Source of the DNA: Granulicella sp.
GTDB lineage: Bacteria; Acidobacteriota; Terriglobia; Terriglobales; Acidobacteriaceae
NCBI GenBank assembly: GCA_027339965.1
Contig: DAHWNL010000023.1
Coordinates: 1-18,804, forward strand
Length of the DNA: 18,804 nucleotides
Direction of reading: 5' to 3'
Shown here: positions 16,362 through 18,804 of the stretch, one piece after another
How the letters are laid out: every line of letters starts with the position of its first letter
How positions within the stretch are numbered: position 1 is the first letter of the stretch
Program-made: the position numbers and the translations under genes
Notes under the pieces: model-generated
The model's database searches: none
Told to the model about the DNA's origin: nothing
The model's input: only the letters and a program-made list of their open reading frames with translations

Positions 16362-16469
16362 ATGAGCTCACCCAAGGAATCGTGGTTGGACCGCTGGTGG
16401 CCGCTGCTGTTGATCCTGTTTGGGATCGCGTGTGTGGTGATTTTGGATGTGTTTCATCCGATGCATTGA
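16362..16469 (+). CDS. Small single-pass membrane protein, 35 aa
   Basis: Not in the ORF track. MSSPKESWLDRWWPLLLILFGIACVVILDVFHPMH: Trp-rich interface then a hydrophobic helix. TAAAAT -10 at 16327-16332 and purine-rich GGAAGGA upstream. Confidence 0.7.
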   Translation: MSSPKESWLDRWWPLLLILFGIACVVILDVFHPMH

Positions 16470-16659
16470 GCCGGGCGCCATCTTGCCCCAGTGATCACGC
16501 GGCCTGCAAGCCTTCGCTCCGCGTCCTGCCGCCGTGGCGGCCGCGTTATAGCATTTTCAGTGTTGCTGGGTATACCGGAGAGGGCGTGCAGTGGCGTTTT
16601 CATTGGGAAAAACGCCCATGGAGGTCGAGGCATCGCTTTACACCTGCACTGAAAAGGCC

Positions 16660-17874
16660 TTAACGCGAGCGGGTCTTGGCGGAGGGTGGTGGGGGTGGGT
16701 AGTTGGGCTTGCGCCGGCTGGGCTTGAAGATGGCTGGTTCGGAGCGGAGGTCCAGCGGGCTGAAGCTGCGATGGGTCTTGACCGCTTCCGCCAGGGCGAA
16801 CTTCAGCTCTTCGACTCCCTCGCCGGTGACGGCTGAGATCTTGAAGAGCGGCAACTTTTTGCGCCGGGCAAAGGAAGTCAGCCGCTTGAGCTTTTCGGGG
16901 TTGGCGGCATCGACTTTGGTGGCCACCAGCAGGGTGGCTTTGGCCGCTAGCGTTGGGTCAAAGGCTCTCAGTTCTGCGGTGATGATGTTGTAGTCCTCCA
17001 CGGGGTCGGGGCGGGGAGATCCCGAGAGGCTCGCAATGTGGGTGCGGGTCTCCTGAGTGGCTGGGGAGGAGCGGCTGGACTGGCTCTCGGCCATCTCCTG
17101 CGCAGCCGAGATCTCTCCGGCATCGGAGACGTCGATCAGATGGGCGAGGACGCTGGTCCGCTCGATGTGCCGCAGGAATCGGACGCCAAGTCCGGAGCCA
17201 AGGTGGGCCCCTTCGATCAGTCCGGGCATATCTGCAACCGTGAAGGATTGCTCATAGGGGGCGTCGCCGATGCGAACTACCCCAAGATTGGGTTCCAGCG
17301 TGGTGAAGGCGTAGTTGGCGATCTTGGGCCGGGCCGCGGAGATGCGGCTGATCAGCGTCGATTTGCCGACGTTGGGATAACCCACCAGGCCCACGTCGGC
17401 CAGCAGACGCAGTTCCAGGCGAAAGCTGCGCTCCTCGCCGGGGCGGCCCAGTTCGTGCTCTCTGGGCGCCTGATGGGTTGGGGTAGCGAAGTGCTGATTG
17501 CCGCGCCCTCCGCGGCCCCCACGGGCAATCACGATCTGCTCGTCCGGACGGGTGAAGTCATGCACCAGTTCGCCGCTGGCTTCGTCGTAGAGCAGGGTTC
17601 CCACCGGGACGTTGAGAACGGTGTGCTCGCCGGCGTGACCGCTCATGTTGGAGCCCAGACCGTGGCCCCCGCGGCCGGACTTCCACTCCGGGTTGAAGCG
17701 AAAGTGAATCAGCGTATTGTGGGTGAGCGAGGAGCGCATGAGGATGTCGCCGCCATGACCTCCATCGCCGCCGGAGGGGCCGCCGCGAGGAACGAATTTC
17801 TCGCGGCGAAAGGCCATGCAGCCATCCCCGCCTGCGCCAGCCTTTACCCGGATTCTTGCCTCATCAATGAACAT
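16660..17874 (-). CDS. obgE: GTPase Obg/CgtA
   Basis: [33 protein letters not shown]1 [19 protein letters not shown]4 TKVD and ISA. Start at ATG 17874 with a GAGG RBS. Confidence 0.98.
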   Translation of the reverse strand: MFIDEARIRVKAGAGGDGCMAFRREKFVPRGGPSGGDGGHGGDILMRSSLTHNTLIHFRFNPEWKSGRGGHGLGSNMSGHAGEHTVLNVPVGTLLYDEASGELVHDFTRPDEQIVIARGGRGGRGNQHFATPTHQAPREHELGRPGEERSFRLELRLLADVGLVGYPNVGKSTLISRISAARPKIANYAFTTLEPNLGVVRIGDAPYEQSFTVADMPGLIEGAHLGSGLGVRFLRHIERTSVLAHLIDVSDAGEISAAQEMAESQSSRSSPATQETRTHIASLSGSPRPDPVEDYNIITAELRAFDPTLAAKATLLVATKVDAANPEKLKRLTSFARRKKLPLFKISAVTGEGVEELKFALAEAVKTHRSFSPLDLRSEPAIFKPSRRKPNYPPPPPSAKTRSR

Positions 17875-17989
17875 CAGGAGCCTCATCCTGCAGTTTACAG
17901 AATGGCGGGAAACGAAGGCGCCGCGCCCGGCCAATCAGGTTCTGCGGGCACCTGTTGCCGAAACTCCGGTCGGAGTTCGAACCGAGGCG

Positions 17990-18804
17990 CGGAGCTCTCT
18001 CCGCGCAGGCTGTTTCTGGATGTTGCGCAGAGCGTCGATGGCGGTGCGCGTCAGCGCCATCTTCGTCCTGGGCGGGGCGGCCTTGGTGACGCGCTGTTTC
18101 AGGTCGACGTTGAGCAGCTCGTCCCGGTTCAGCTCCGGCGAGTAGCTGGGAAGATAGGATACGGCAATTTTTTCTTTATTTTCCGCGCGCCATTTCTTCA
18201 CCTGCCTGGTAATGATGCACGCACAGATTGTCCAGGATCAGAAAGCCTCTTTTCTCGCGTCCATGCACGAGCCGCTTCATGAAGCCGATCAGGATCTTCG
18301 CATGCAGCGCGCCCGAGAAGACCTTCCAACGCATCTGGCCCTTGTTGGTCACCGTTGAAAGCACGCTCAGCTTTGAGCGATTGGCGTTGGTCACCACCAC
18401 CGGAGTCTTGCCCTTCGGCGCATAACTCCGACCACGCACATCGTCCGAGCGCAAGCCAGTCTCATGGCCCCAATGTACCTCCGCGCCCTCTGTTTTCGCG
18501 GCTTGCGCGATCTTCGGATACTCCTCGTTGACCCACCTATCGACGGCAGCAGGGCTTTGCTCGTGGGCCTTCTTGAGGGGGCGTTGCGGCGTGAAGCCCC
18601 AGCGCTTGAGATATTCTCCAACTGCGCGCACGGCCAGATGGATTGCGAAGCGTCGCGCAATCAACTCCCCCACCGCCTGTCGCGTCCATAGCGCGTAGTT
18701 CATCTTCAATTGGTCCAGAACATGATCGCGAATCAGCCGCTGCACTTCCCGTTCCTGGCTTGGAGTCAAAGCCCGTCCCGCGCCCTGCGGACGATGCCCG
18801 TGGC
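17990..18804 (-). mobile_element. IS630-family transposase pseudogene (5' end runs off the window)
   Basis: WTRQAV, YLKRWGFTPQRP, WG(H)ETG, FLILDNL.VH and LPSYSPELN(R)DE. Frameshift near 18205; first catalytic Asp codon reads His (18464-18466); similarity is lost after KQPAR. Confidence 0.92.

Noticed and set aside
9294..18282. Long antisense ORFs (9294-10331, 13261-14358, 14833-15702, 17038-18282)
   Set aside because: Shadow frames opposite well-supported genes, with no motifs; expected from high-GC codon bias.
1..18804. CRISPR array, intact integrase or recognisable defence system
   Set aside because: No regularly spaced repeat-spacer series, cas gene, full integrase, RT or nuclease gene was seen.

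Overview
High-GC bacterial window, most likely from an Acidobacteriaceae (Terriglobia) genome; this is inferred from the gene sequences, not from a database search. Left end (1-690): a mobile-element scar made of a 3'-half copy of tRNA-Ala(GGC) (att-like core) with an IHF-like site, an IS66 internal fragment and a decayed IS5 5' end. Next comes rpmG-tRNA-Trp-secE-nusG-rplK, closed by a 21-bp hairpin and not followed by rplA. Directly after it lies an unannotated ~160-nt rod-shaped structured element (3385-3543). Then follow an HhH-GPD/EndoIII-like glycosylase, a two-gene islet (70-aa peptide plus a DUF6338-like membrane protein fused to a DUF2934-like tail, with an apparent 1-nt frameshift at its start), a C4 zinc-ribbon protein, a 5'(3')-deoxyribonucleotidase, an FN3 lipoprotein, a Tat-exported GH128, a LOG-family protein, SemiSWEET, DUF971, an orphan peptide-ABC ATPase, a molybdopterin oxidoreductase, a PfkB kinase, an unannotated 35-aa membrane peptide, obgE with a loop insertion, and a decayed IS630. 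The best leads for novelty are the orphan structured RNA after rplK, the peptide/DUF6338-DUF2934 pair, and the rplK-rplA split. All family calls come from motif recognition by eye.
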